A stretch of 59,376 nt of DNA, the filler included, from Sluysia triapertura (lineage: Eukaryota): assembly GCA_046118255.1 (NCBI GenBank). It is 4 parts of 4 records of this genome, joined end to end, with 100 filler letters (N's around TTAATTAATTAA, not from the genome) between each part and the next. Parts side by side here need not be neighbours in the genome. Positions count along the whole stretch, not along the records: positions 1 to 16,534 come from JBJNIA010201596.1; 3 more parts are not named here. One strand, given 5' to 3'. Shown here piece after piece: positions 1 through 11,729 of this stretch (position 1 is the first letter of the stretch; the number at the start of each line of letters is the position of its first letter). Below the pieces are notes generated by a model, which did not search any database, was not told the origin of the DNA, and was given only the letters and a program-made list of their open reading frames with translations. A program made the translations under genes and the position numbers.

Positions 1-539
1 TATATATATACTTATTTATATACTTATTTATATTTTTGTTTTGTATTAAATTTGAAGTTTCACGTGTGAAAATTTTGAATAATGAACCTTCGAGCCTTTA
101 AAAGTTTTAATTTAATAAATTAAACAATAAAAGCATCATATTAAAATTATTTCATTTGATAAATCCTACAAGACCCTCGTGCAACCACGTAAAACTTATG
201 TTGTAAGCGAACCCGTTAATTCAAACAATATTTTGCATCACGGTTTTATTTTATTTAAAATATTGTTTATTTAAACAAGCATGCACCTTTAAAATGCAAA
301 AAAGTTCACGTAAAATGTGGTGTTAATGAAAAATTTTGGTTTGAGTATGAGATTATTGAGTTATGAAGAATAAAACGCTTCAAAGAAAGGAAATTGAAAA
401 GTAAAAAACTGATGAAACAAAGAATGAAAACATAAAATCTTGTAATATACTATTCCAAGCTATTAAAAAGAAAATAAGTCGTTTGAAGCTAGTAAATCAA
501 ATATTAAAGGTATTTATAAATTATTAAATAAATTATTTG

Positions 540-1287
540 GTAAACAAAACGAAAATCATGTTGAACATGATAAAATTACGTCAAATGACTTTAAAATTTT
601 TTGTATCGAAAATCTTATCTTCAATGCGTTTAATGAGCCATGTTTTTTTCCGATCATATTTGGTGATCCATCTGTTGCACCAATTTTTCCAATCTATACT
701 TTACTTCAAAAGACGCTACAATCTCTCGGAAAATAACTCCCATTGTTGCGCATTTTATCGGAACAATTAATAGAAGTTCCTCTGAAATTTTTTTACATCA
801 CAACTTTCGTCCAGATTTTAAATTATCTAATAATTGATTATTTATATTAGCATTTAAATCTTCTATTTTCTAACAATAGTTTGTGTAAACAGGCTTATAC
901 TTGCAAATTTATTTTTTACTTCTGGACACATCGCATCACAAACATCCAACAACCATTTTTTATAAAGGTTTTCCATATGAAGCAACATGTTTTGTCACTA
1001 ATAAACTGGCTTCAATTGCATATTCAATTGAGATTTTGCTGTCGAGTCAATTTTATTACCAAATCTGCGGCTTGATTTTTTCGACTTTCTTCACTTAAAT
1101 TTTGTTCGTAAGTTGCATACTTGGTTTGAAAATGTCTTCTCAAGTTGCATTCTTTTAAAATTGCCACATTCGAGGTATAAATAAGACAAACTGCTTAATT
1201 ATTGTTCATTGTGAAAAAATATTGCCAACTCCATTCCTTATTAAACATTCGGCATTCTAAATGTACTTTTCTCTTTTTGGAAGCCAT
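540..1287 (-). mobile_element. Degenerate hAT (Buster/SPIN/GTF2IRD2-like) transposase, N-terminal half
   Basis: Manual translation from ATG 1287 gives MASKKRKVHLECRMFNKEWSWQYFFT...*AVCLI...NVAILKECNLRRHFQTKY. A further frame near 650-680 gives TDGSPNMIGKKHG, matching the hAT TDGAPAMxG motif. Multiple stops and frameshifts. Confidence 0.85.
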
Positions 1288-3029
1288 CCTTGGGAAAATG
1301 TTTCTTAATGTAAAATAGTAAAATACCGTATTAATACGTAAATCATATCGTAACCAATTGAAATAATGTTAAATATAAACAAGGACTTTGAGACCGCTAT
1401 ACTGCAAATTAAGTAAATATTTCGTTTAAACAAATTTAATGCATTAAATAACTGATAAAAATTAATCGTGAATTCATTTGATTAATAACTTGAAGTTGAA
1501 TTTTATGTTTGCTCGCTGACCGCATGTTGCCATGCATGCCATGTACATTAATAATTTTTCATAAATATTTTACGTTAAACAGTATCTTGATTTATTAAGT
1601 TGAATTCTTTTTAATAATAAATAAATTGTTTATCATGTATTGAGCATGTGTAATTAATTACTCAGCTTAAAATGATGTATACGAAAACAATATAATGGAG
1701 GCTCTGAAATTGAATTTAATAATAGATTTTTATTAACCATATAAAGCCGATTGATTTGTTATAATTTTCTTTGTGCGGGAATTGTACACTCAAAAGCAAA
1801 TGTGACGAATTAGTGCAATTAAACAAATATATTATGCTTTGTAGGGTAAAAGATCCTGTGATAAATATTTTCATATTACATAATTTCAATATGATTAAGC
1901 ATACTGCCAGTGGATATTGATTATTGACTGAACAAAATGAATAGTAATTAAGGGAGAATATTAATCCCACTAAGATATTGATAACTTCTTCATTTGATAG
2001 TGTAATATAGTTTCTAATACAGTTCTTTGATGAATTATTGGTGATAAGACTATCTTTCTCAGTTACCATAAAAACAAGTACTGTATCCATTCCTAGATAT
2101 TTTGCTTCTGTCTGAATAAAAAATTCATTTATTTGATCTTTGATGTTTAAACTAGTTCATTATAAAATCTGTTATAAAGTGTCCTTAACAAAATTATAAA
2201 CTGAAATATAATTTAAACTATGTATCGACACTCTTTTATTTTTCAATGGGCTAATTTCCAGCGTTTGAGCAATTTAGATAAACCTCTTCAAAAAAAATTC
2301 GTAGATTTTCCTTTATTGCTTTTCTTTCAAATATTTCTTAAAATGAGATGAGGAAGCTGAATAAATCCAGCTTTGAAATGTATGGATGCATACTTGAGTA
2401 ATTGGCATCATTTGTGATTTGTATGCCATATTTGTGTTAATATTTGTATCACTTTCTACAGATTCTATTTCTTCGGGCTTAAAATGATCTCAAAATATGA
2501 CTAGCGTCAAAATATTTTTACGATTAATCTTGGATTTAAAACTTTAACAGGTGTTTTTTCTGACAACTTCGATTCTTTTATGATTAACCCTTTAATCGCG
2601 AACATAAATTTATTTGAGAGATTATATGAAATATATGTGAGAAAAGCCATGAAAAAGCTCGCACCACTTGCGTTAGTATTAATTTCAAAATTAATAAAAA
2701 ATGTATAACTTTTCATGAATTTTCACTAAAATAGCATAAAATGTAAAAATTGGTAAATTTATTATTCTCTATCAAAGTGTAATATAGTGTGGAATGTTCT
2801 TAAGCAATCTGCCATCTTTTAACAAAAGTAATAATAACTTTAGACTTTATAATGTTTTCACTTATTTTATTTGATTCAAATATTTTTCTCAAAAAATGGT
2901 GGTATATTATTGAAATAACTTTGTGTACACACTTTGAAAGCAGAAACGATTATGCAAAACTTTGTCCTTATTTAATCCTCTAAAACAATATGTAACATGA
3001 CCTGCTTAAGCCTGATAAAATTTCAGAAA

Positions 3030-3072
3030 TACGAGTGGGACCAATCGGTCCCAGCGGCGGCGAAAGGGTTAA
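3030..3072. mobile_element. piggyBac-type terminus
   Basis: ...GAAAGGG followed by TTAA (3069-3072), with a subterminal palindrome TGGGACC-AATC-GGTCCCA. Confidence 0.6.
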
Positions 3073-3149
3073 ACCTACGTTTTCAAAGTTCTTAAATTTA
3101 CAAAATTTCGTTACTATTATTAAAATTCTATTAGTTAAAACGGAGAGGA

Positions 3150-3760
3150 TGAACAAAAAGTAGAAGACCAATGATTTATAAACACTAAATTCTATGCAAT
3201 AGGATGTATCACAATAAGCGAAGGTATTAACATAGGCTCTTACTTTAGTCTTTATTGACATCTAGAACAGTGACAGAAAGCTGTTGACAACGATTAATTT
3301 TAATTGATCAGTTTTGACGTAGTCTATTGATAGATTGGAGAGTAAGTACGGCTTTACTTCACTTGTTTTATATTTCGGCATGAACCAGCTAGTGTGTCTT
3401 GAAGCACACGCCATTTGTCACGTTAAAAATTCGTAAAAATTACAGCATTCTGCATTTATAACAGTAAACTGGACGATTTTCGGCAAATGGGTAGCCCATT
3501 TTACATGTTCATAATTCTTTGTCTCAGTCATCCGGTTTTTATATTTAATTTCTTCTTTAAGACTATGTTCATTATTCGAAATCAAAATATCGGTTTGATT
3601 AGCTTCATCGCTAACGCACAAATTATTACCATAACACAGAATTTTCACCATAATTTTGTCCATTTTCAAATAAATCTAATTCATTAATAATTTCTGTTTC
3701 CGTACAAACATCGTGATAAGACTTTTCTTGTTGAAAAAAATTGTTGAAAGAAATGAAATG
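3150..3760 (-). mobile_element. Highly decayed non-LTR reverse transcriptase relic
   Basis: Fragments QQ-x-VLSRCLY (PQGxVLSPxL-like), VKILCYGNNLCV (YADD-like) and KTKVRAY occur in the expected order across frameshifts. Confidence 0.4.
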
Positions 3761-4488
3761 CGAGTTAAAAGAAGGAAAAAAAATAAGATAAAAGGTTATG
3801 AAGAATTAAGAATATTATTTTAGAAATTTCATTGTTTTCAAGTTTTTTTGAGGTTTAGATGTTGGTGTGATAGATCTATATGTGATTGCATATTTGTTTG
3901 ATATTATGTAAACTAAGTGTAACGTTTTGTTTATTTGTGTATGTAAAAATTTTAAATGATAGGCTTAAAACTACCATAATGAAATCATTTATTTATTATC
4001 AGTACAAAATTTTACTCAAATTCATTACCTAAAAATGCTGAAACATTTTCTGAATACTTTGTATAATTTTTGTAGATGCCAACGATAAACACGAAAGTAC
4101 AGTAATACAATTCAATTAATTATTTAAATTAATTTACATAAAGCAAATACTTTAATTAAACTGATTTAAATGGTATTTAAATTTTTTCAATACTGACCAT
4201 AACACAAATAAAAATCGTTCGTATTTGATAAGTTTAATAATCTTATTAGTAATATCTTAATGAGACAATGTTTATATTAGATTTGTATTTAGAATTAAAT
4301 TCCAAGTAAATTATTTAAAATGATATTTTAATACTTTTTTACGTTTTAAACAACTTTTAAAAGGATAATTTTAAAGCTTGATAAATCTTATTAAAAGTTA
4401 TTCTTAAAAAGTAATATTGAAACTTAATAAGAAAATGTAAATGAAAAACAAATAAATTTAAAACTATTCATAAATAATTTATATTAAC

Positions 4489-4640
4489 CAATAAACAGTC
4501 CATTTTTCAGTTTTCCAGGAACCTTGAGATACTGTATTATACCACTGAGCCGCATGATCGTTGACTCTGCTAGATCGCCAAAAAAGAACCGGGTAACTTT
4601 TTACTATTTCATTCCACAAACTAGCAGCTAAGCCAGTTCC
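4489..4640 (-). CDS. NAGS: NAGS exon, C-terminal part of the NAT domain
   Basis: AG acceptor at 4642-4641, then GTGLAASLWNEIVKSYPVLFWRSSRVNDHAAQWYNTVSQGSWKTEKWTVYW, aligning with human GQGSGQMLW...LFWRSRV...WY...GS...WIFFW. Phase 0 matches the upstream exon. The following exon was not found. Confidence 0.9.
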
Positions 4641-5608
4641 CTTTAATGTAATATTTAAACTTTTAAATGTTTGTACATTTTGATTATTTGATTTATTGCG
4701 ATTAATTATTTGTATAAAAATGTAGGAAAGATTTGGCGAAACTGATATAAATTATAATAATGGTTTGTTGTACTCAATTCCATGCAGAAAAGTGTGAAAA
4801 TTTCAATTCAAAGATTCAAAAATTGAATATTTCAGAAAGAATATTTTTTCAAATAAAAAAGAGATTTCATGTAACATCTTATCTGAAAGAATTACAATGG
4901 TAGTAACATGATAGTAATTTATAAATACTTGGAAAAATAAAATTAAAAGAAAGAATTGACATTCATCAACTTGATAATCAATATTATTACAACTTTTAAT
5001 TGTTTAACACTTAATGTTTCCTTTGAAAGTCTTTTAAAACTTTTCGTTTTGAATATTTTGTAATGTAATAATATTCGGTATTTTAAAATTTTCTTGGATA
5101 TTGCGGAACTTTGGTTTTTTTTCATAATAAGTTTTTTTAAGCGCAAACCTCAAATCTAAATCGGTAATAATAATAATACTAATAACGATAATAATAGAAT
5201 CATAGTAATAAAATAATAATAAAATTTTATGCTTGTACTCATTAGTTCAATAAAAATTGAGCTTAATTTCGAAACTCAACAAAAAATACTAATCGGTAAA
5301 AAAAGGTAATTAGTATAAGAATACCAGAAAATAAGAGTTAATTATGAAATTTTTTTACTCAAAATTCTTAGAAAAGGATATCATTGGCATTTTATATACT
5401 TCTATCATCACAGCCGCCAATTGATTTATTTCGTGAAAATTCGTCAGTTTTGTTAAATTTAAGGTTTTTACCTAAATTAAATCTAGGTATAAAATCAACT
5501 TAAAATATTAACATTTTGACGCTAATTTAAAGTTAGTGATAAACTACTTTTTAAAGCCTTTATTTGTAAAAAAAACATTAAGGTTTAAAAATCCTTAATG
5601 ATAAAAAT

Positions 5609-5639
<31 letters not shown>

Positions 5640-6539
5640 TAATTTTTCAGTTAGTTAATAAAGAAAACTCCCTCTTCCATATTTTGTTATTATTGATATT
5701 AACGGTACTTAAAAGTTAATTATTATAAAACAATTAGAAGCATCATAACGTAAATTGTTATAAAAATTTAAAAAGGATTAGATCGTTATAGAGAACTCCA
5801 GCTGGCTTCTTTGGACTACAACTAGATTTCAGAACTGATAAAAAAATTAAATTACTAAAGTTTCACTAAAGTAATACAGAGATTGAGATATTCCTTGTTA
5901 ACACAGAAGAAATACAAACTACGTAGCGTAAATTTTAAAATTGTTATTCAAACGTATATTTTTAGAAGATCCATCAGAATTTTTTAAGAAACCCTACAGA
6001 AACATCTTCCATAGCGATATAAAACGCTAACTCTAAGCGGTCCATTAAGTACGATAGAATTATTTCTGAGTTAGTTTTCAGGTAAAACAGCTTAGAGGTT
6101 CAACATTTATATTAGAAAGTGTATTTCGACTCACTTTTGTTAAATATAATATACATTTTGTGCTTGAATTGATTCGGAAATCATTCACAACAATTTCCTT
6201 TTTTGTTAGTTACAATATATCTTAAACTTATTATTAATCTGAAATATAACATAAAATTTTAAATAAATTAAAAAAACCATTTATTGAAATATCACTTTGA
6301 ATAATTTGTAAAACATAAATAATTCATTTTTGATTTATATTTAAATCAATGTTACCAGTGAAATATTGAAATATAAATATTACTTATTATTTATGAACTT
6401 TATTCATTTAATAATTCTATGAAGGTTTTAATTTACGAAATGAAATTAATGTGGTGTAAAATTATTTATCCGATGCACAGTAAATAATTCATAGACTATA
6501 AATTAATATATTTGTTGTTGAGGGTTGATTTGTAGCGTC

Positions 6540-6850
6540 TTGACACAAAACAATTTGTGGAAGGACTGTTAAATGGCAGGTAATCCTGGTAACCAAAACT
6601 AAGGCATTGCAAGAACATATCGCGCAACAACTAATTACTAAAAGTGTTACATTTTAGAGGCACAGTTAATTTCAACTTAACATCGAAAAGTGTCATCATT
6701 TCGCTACCTAACGCTTGCGTTACAAACTGCGTAGCTAATAGATTTGGTCCAACAAACTTATGTAATATTTGGCTTTCAAATTTTGGCAAAATATTATAAA
6801 TTATCCTATAACGTTCCCTATTATGCAGGTGATTAAGATTCATGTATCAT
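6540..6850 (-). mobile_element. Possible Ty3/gypsy gag relic
   Basis: Translation ...ALGSE...N*LLRDMFLQCL resembles the LGDRKP...LLRELFLQRLP gag signature. Weak and interrupted by a stop. Confidence 0.3.
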
Positions 6851-7207
6851 CATATAATTCACGTTAATAATAAAGGTTATAAAGTTTCCATATTAAATAG
6901 TACTTAATCAATATAAATAGTAATGAAAAATTAATTAGTAATTCTTAACTCAAACCTTTTTACTGCGTTAGATAAAATACACATTTTTTGAAGATCTTAG
7001 TTATATTTAGTAAAGCATTTGTTAAATCTTATTTGTATTAAGATTTAAAAATATCTCTGCTAAATGCTTAAAATTTAAAATAAATTTAATTTTATTCAAC
7101 TTAAAATGTTTTATGAATCGAATGATATTTTGTCATACATAAAATCTATTTCAAATGTATATTTGATAACGTTTTAATTAAGTAAGAAATACTTAATGCA
7201 TTCTAAC

Positions 7208-7464
7208 CTGACATTGTGGATGAACAGCAATTTTGTCTAAATAAGGCAAATCTAAACCAGGTATTTTAAGAATTACAGCAACAGCTGAAAATTTTTCTGA
7301 AGAAAATATAGTATCTATAAATTTTTCGTTTTTTTCCCAATACATTTCATTAATTTCCTTTCCAAAAGATACTTGTAATAGATTTTTAAACCGAGTTTTG
7401 TTTACATCTTTCATAGATCTAGATCGGACTATTTTTTCTAAAAATCGAATCATAGTACCAGTAC
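7208..7464 (-). CDS. NAGS: NAGS exon, linker plus N-terminal part of the NAT domain
   Basis: (G)TGTMIRFLEKIVRSRSMKDVNKTRFKNLLQVSFGK...AVAVIL...PYLDKIAVHPQCQ matches NAGS GSGTLF...LVNASFGK...AAAIL...PYLDKF. Acceptor TTTTAG, donor GTTAGA. Confidence 0.93.
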
Positions 7465-7798
7465 CTAAAACCAAAATAATTGAACAAAAATGTTTTATTT
7501 TTGAATTGATTTAGTAAATCACAATAATATTACAATAACCTAAAATTTACACTAAATTGAGTTTTATTATTTGTTTCATCAACTTTGAACCAATAATGAA
7601 AGTTATTTTGAAATTATTTATACAATCAAAAGTCAGTAACCTCTTTTAAAATAGTCTAATCGTGCATAACGTTTATTTTTGTCTTGGAAGTCGGAAAATG
7701 TCAATTAGTCAATAATAATGATTTAAACATTATCTAATTTTGATGATTCAACTGTTAAATGAACAAACATTTAATAAATAAACAATTAACATCTATAT

Positions 7799-10050
7799 CA
7801 GTGGTTATTAAAGTTTTAATTATTGGCATCTCTTAAATTAAAAATAGGTACTTATGAGCCTTGAGAATGTTTCTTTATATTTCTTTTATATTTCTTTATT
7901 ACATTTAAAGTATTGATTAATCATTATGAATTAAATATAATTAATATTAGTTTCTTTATTAAATGACAGTTCATTTGCTGATACGTACAATGCGCAGAGG
8001 CAAATCTAGAGTATAGGTATTATTTATTTTTTCTTTACATTTATTAATTTTGTTATTCATTATTTTTATTACAATTATTATAATTATTTTTTTAGTATCT
8101 TAAGCAAAATTTAAAAGTTGACTACAAGCACCACGAATATTAATTTCTGTATTGTTTATAAATGATGATGATAAGGTACAATAAATATGATTTTTGATAA
8201 CATAACATCATTTGGTTCAATTAAACTTCAATAAACATTCAATAAATTGCTGAGATGTTTACTGCATTATGTAAGATAATGTATATGGTTCACTTGTAAT
8301 ATATGTATATTTATAGCACATCCTAATTTTTCGGTTAAATCCAGTAGTATTCTAACTAAATAATCATACCAATTGTTTCTTCATATTTAATTTCATTTCC
8401 TTAATAGTTGGTATGTCATTTCTTATTGCTTCACACAAATCATTGTTTTCAATTATCATAAACTATTAATAAACATTTTAAACTTTATTTAATCATTTTA
8501 ATAAAATTGTCTGAGTAAAATATTTCCATAAATTTAATTCTAATTTTTCCACTTTTTTTCAATATCACAAATGTTCTTTATTTAAATATGGGTTTTCCAT
8601 CATATGTTTATATTATCTGAAATTTAGTATCACAATAACTAAGATTTACATTTTCACATGTACAGTTTGAAAATTTTTTAATCAAATTTGTAATAATTAT
8701 GTGTTATCAACTAAATCAACTTCCCATGATTTTCTTTCTCGTATTGATAATTCTATTGTTTGGTAAAATTAAATGAAAATTTTCATTATTCATTTTGTAA
8801 TTTAAATAAAATTAATTAAATAAATACCACTAATTGAGATTCAAGTATTGGTGCAGGTTTTTTTATATTCCACTTTTAAGTAATATTTTCTTTCTTTTTT
8901 ATCTTCAGTTTCTAAAAGTGATTCAGTACCATAAATAATGAGTTTTAAGATGAAACTTTCTTTCTACAGTCTTACTATCGTCATCTTTTAATGCATACAT
9001 AACAGAATTCTATTTGACTTGTACAAATTTCTGGAAATTATTGATATTTTTACACCGATATTTTTACATTTGGGTTTATTTCAAAGTATGATTTTGCCAA
9101 ATTTCCACAAAATTAGATGAATTAATATTTATAAGTTTCCGTCCATCAAGTTCTCGTTGTTCACTGTAATTATATTTATCAATTACGAGACAATACATTA
9201 GTCCATTTTTATTACCTTGTTTAATCTATTTTTTAATCTATCTCTTATAATACGATTAAATTGTTCAACTAACGCAGCCTTTAAATAGCTAAATACTGAA
9301 TAATGATTAATTCTATATTTTAATGTAAAAACCATTTACTTAATCAGCTTGAAAATTTTTTATGTTTGTCGTTTTAAATCATTAATTTAATCATTTCCAT
9401 TCATGATTATAATTCATGAGGTCCCCTGTTTTATATTTACATGTTGGCAATATACATCTAATTGATTTGTTCAGTAAGCATGCGGACTTATTTTCGTCAG
9501 AAATGTTGATCCTGCGTAAAAAGCGGAGTCTTCTGGATCGAAATGTATTTTCATGGACTTTGACTTCTTTTGGTTCCTACCATAACAACAAACTGATTTT
9601 GTACTAAAATTTATATTAGGTAAACTAGATAACACTTATCCGTATTATGGAATACCGCGAGAAAGTTTTTAACTGCTTTTCCATCTTCATACCTGGTAGA
9701 AAGGGATTTCATTACAGCTATAAATCTCTTAACAAATAAAGAAACAAAATGGACATCATTAACCGAGGAGATTTGAGATTAAACCTAACTAAATTAATGC
9801 CAAATGTTGCTAATTTATTATTAAACAATCAAGTTCATCTCTCTCATTAAATGAATTTATTTTTTGCTTAGTTCTTTTTCATGTAACATTTACTTTATTT
9901 TGATTTAAATTTAATTAATAAATGTGTAAAAATGTGTTGCTTTTTACTTTTTCACACTAAGGGTACTTCACTACGCTTAGAAATTTAAATCTTTCAAAGT
10001 TGAAAAACATCTCAAGGGGTTTAACAGAGAAAAAAGTTTGGAAACCTCTG
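7799..10050 (+). mobile_element. Buster-type hAT element relic, with a transposase C-terminus at about 9640-9849
   Basis: Left end CAGTGGTTATTAAAGTTTT (7799) and right end AAAAAGTTTGGAAACCTCTG (10050), each flanked by an NNNTANNN 8-mer (ATCTATAT and ATTTAAAC, not identical). Internal translation AFPSSYLVERDF...RNKMDIINRGDLRLNLTKLMPNV...QVHLSH* is the SCAND3/ZBED8-like C-terminus. Pairing of the two ends is inferred. Confidence 0.7.
8680..9335 (-). mobile_element. Polinton/Maverick relic: integrase C-terminal half followed by a minor-capsid-like N-terminus
   Basis: INHYSVFSYLKAALVEQFNRIIRDRL...KWTNVL...KPK...YALKDDDSKTVERKF matches the Polinton integrase pattern (KAxxVERFNRTLK...W...PKF...YxLxD). 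Downstream MNNENFHLILPNN...KSWEVDLVD (ATG 8793) resembles the FYxTLPSN...WEVxL start of Polinton minor capsids. Confidence 0.7.
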
Positions 10051-10826
10051 ATTTAAACATTTTGCTTTTTTTAAATCAATAATTAGATTTTTTATAATTT
10101 TGTGACACTTAATCGGTTCACAGTTAATTGTGTTTAATAATTTTTACTCATTTATTAAAAAATCGATGTTTATAAAGACTGATACCTTTTTTAAAAGATT
10201 AAATATTTATCATTTTGTAAATAAAATTTTATTTGTTAGTTATTTTTTACGCCTAAATATGAATCTGTTATTTGGAACTAGTTCAAAATAGTAAACCTAC
10301 AGTGATACATCGCAATTTTGAATACATTAGAGAAAAACATAATCCGTTTAATTAGCCCGTTTAATTAGTTAGACAGACTCAAGTTGAGCACACGCATTAC
10401 ACAATAGAAATAATTTTAAATTTTTTTTGACGTTTGGTTTTTTAAGTGTGAACCGATTAAGCGTATCAATACCGATTGTTATATTTCATTAATATTTGTT
10501 TCTTCTTAGATTCATTAATATTTATTTTACTAAAATAATTTTAAAATTGTAAGTCTATTAGATATTTGTGCTTCTTAATAATGCATTAAAGTATTGTAAA
10601 CTATATGGAGTTTTATTTTTTGTTTTGTTGAAAGATACAGAAATCATTATTTAACGTGTTTGCCGTTATTAGGTTTAACTACAACTTTTTAAAATTATGC
10701 ATAATTAATTATTACTTTTTTATTACTTGTGACAGAGGTACTTCATTCTAAAATAAAATAATCAAAAGTACTTTACATTATATTCTAAATCAAATACATT
10801 CTAAAATAATAAAGTCAGTACTATTA

Positions 10827-10828
<2 letters not shown>

Positions 10829-10887
<59 letters not shown>
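10829..10887. repeat. (AAT)n microsatellite
   Basis: Uninterrupted AAT run. Confidence 0.97.
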
Positions 10888-10888
<1 letters not shown>

Positions 10889-11629
10889 GATATTTCATGA
10901 ATAATTACTTAAGACCTTTAAGGTCAATGCTAAAAATTTAGTATAAACAGAGATAATGCGTATTAAATGAGATGTATAACAAAATGCGACTTTTAAATGG
11001 TAAACAACTAAGGTACAATTAAAGATAAAAAGAAATTAATTTATTTTTTATTCGAGGAACTCATATCAAAACTTATCATCCTTGCTCTTGAGAAAATAAA
11101 ATAAAATAAAAAATCATTGCAAGAAACATCAATTTAAATTTACCATACTTTATTAACAATTCAAAAATAAAAATATAAATGAAGAAACAAAGATTTTCAG
11201 GCACTTTCTAATGCAGACGGCATCTGTCTACAAAAAATACGCATATGAATATGACTAAATTATAATGACCAAACCAATGTAGAAGAAAATTAATTAAATC
11301 GGCCAAAATATCACAATAATGCACATAATACTGTTATTTAACTATAGAAAGAAAGTCTATATAAAAGTATTTAAATGTAAGCTGAAATTAATTATAAACA
11401 ATTTTAAAATGGTATTGAAAAATTAATTTTAATTAAATGTAATATTAGAAGATGCATTCACAAACAAGATACACAATCACAATTAACCGATATACAAATG
11501 GAATTTAGGAATTGCTTTTAAATAAAATAAAAATTTATAAAATTAACATACATTTAATTATCAAAAACACATTTAATATATCTAAAGTCTAAACTTTGTA
11601 TTTAAATTAATTTTAGTAAAAAAAATAAC

Positions 11630-11729
11630 CATGATGAGTAAATAACTCTTGTATTATTGTATCAGCTGAAGTTAGAATGATCGACGAATGTGATGGTAAC
11701 TGATATGTGAAAGTAGCGCAACGCTTTAT
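11630..11729 (-). CDS. NAGS: NAGS exon, end of the AAK-like domain
   Basis: 100-nt exon with AG/GT boundaries encoding IKRCATFTYQLPSHSSIILTSADTIIQELFTHH-G (human [24 protein letters not shown]). Its phase-1 end joins the 7464 exon in frame. Confidence 0.9.

Noticed and set aside
537-2716. Short ORF-track calls (77, 64, 65, 124 and 69 aa)
   Set aside because: Antisense to the hAT relic or chance ORFs in AT-rich DNA, with no recognisable motifs.
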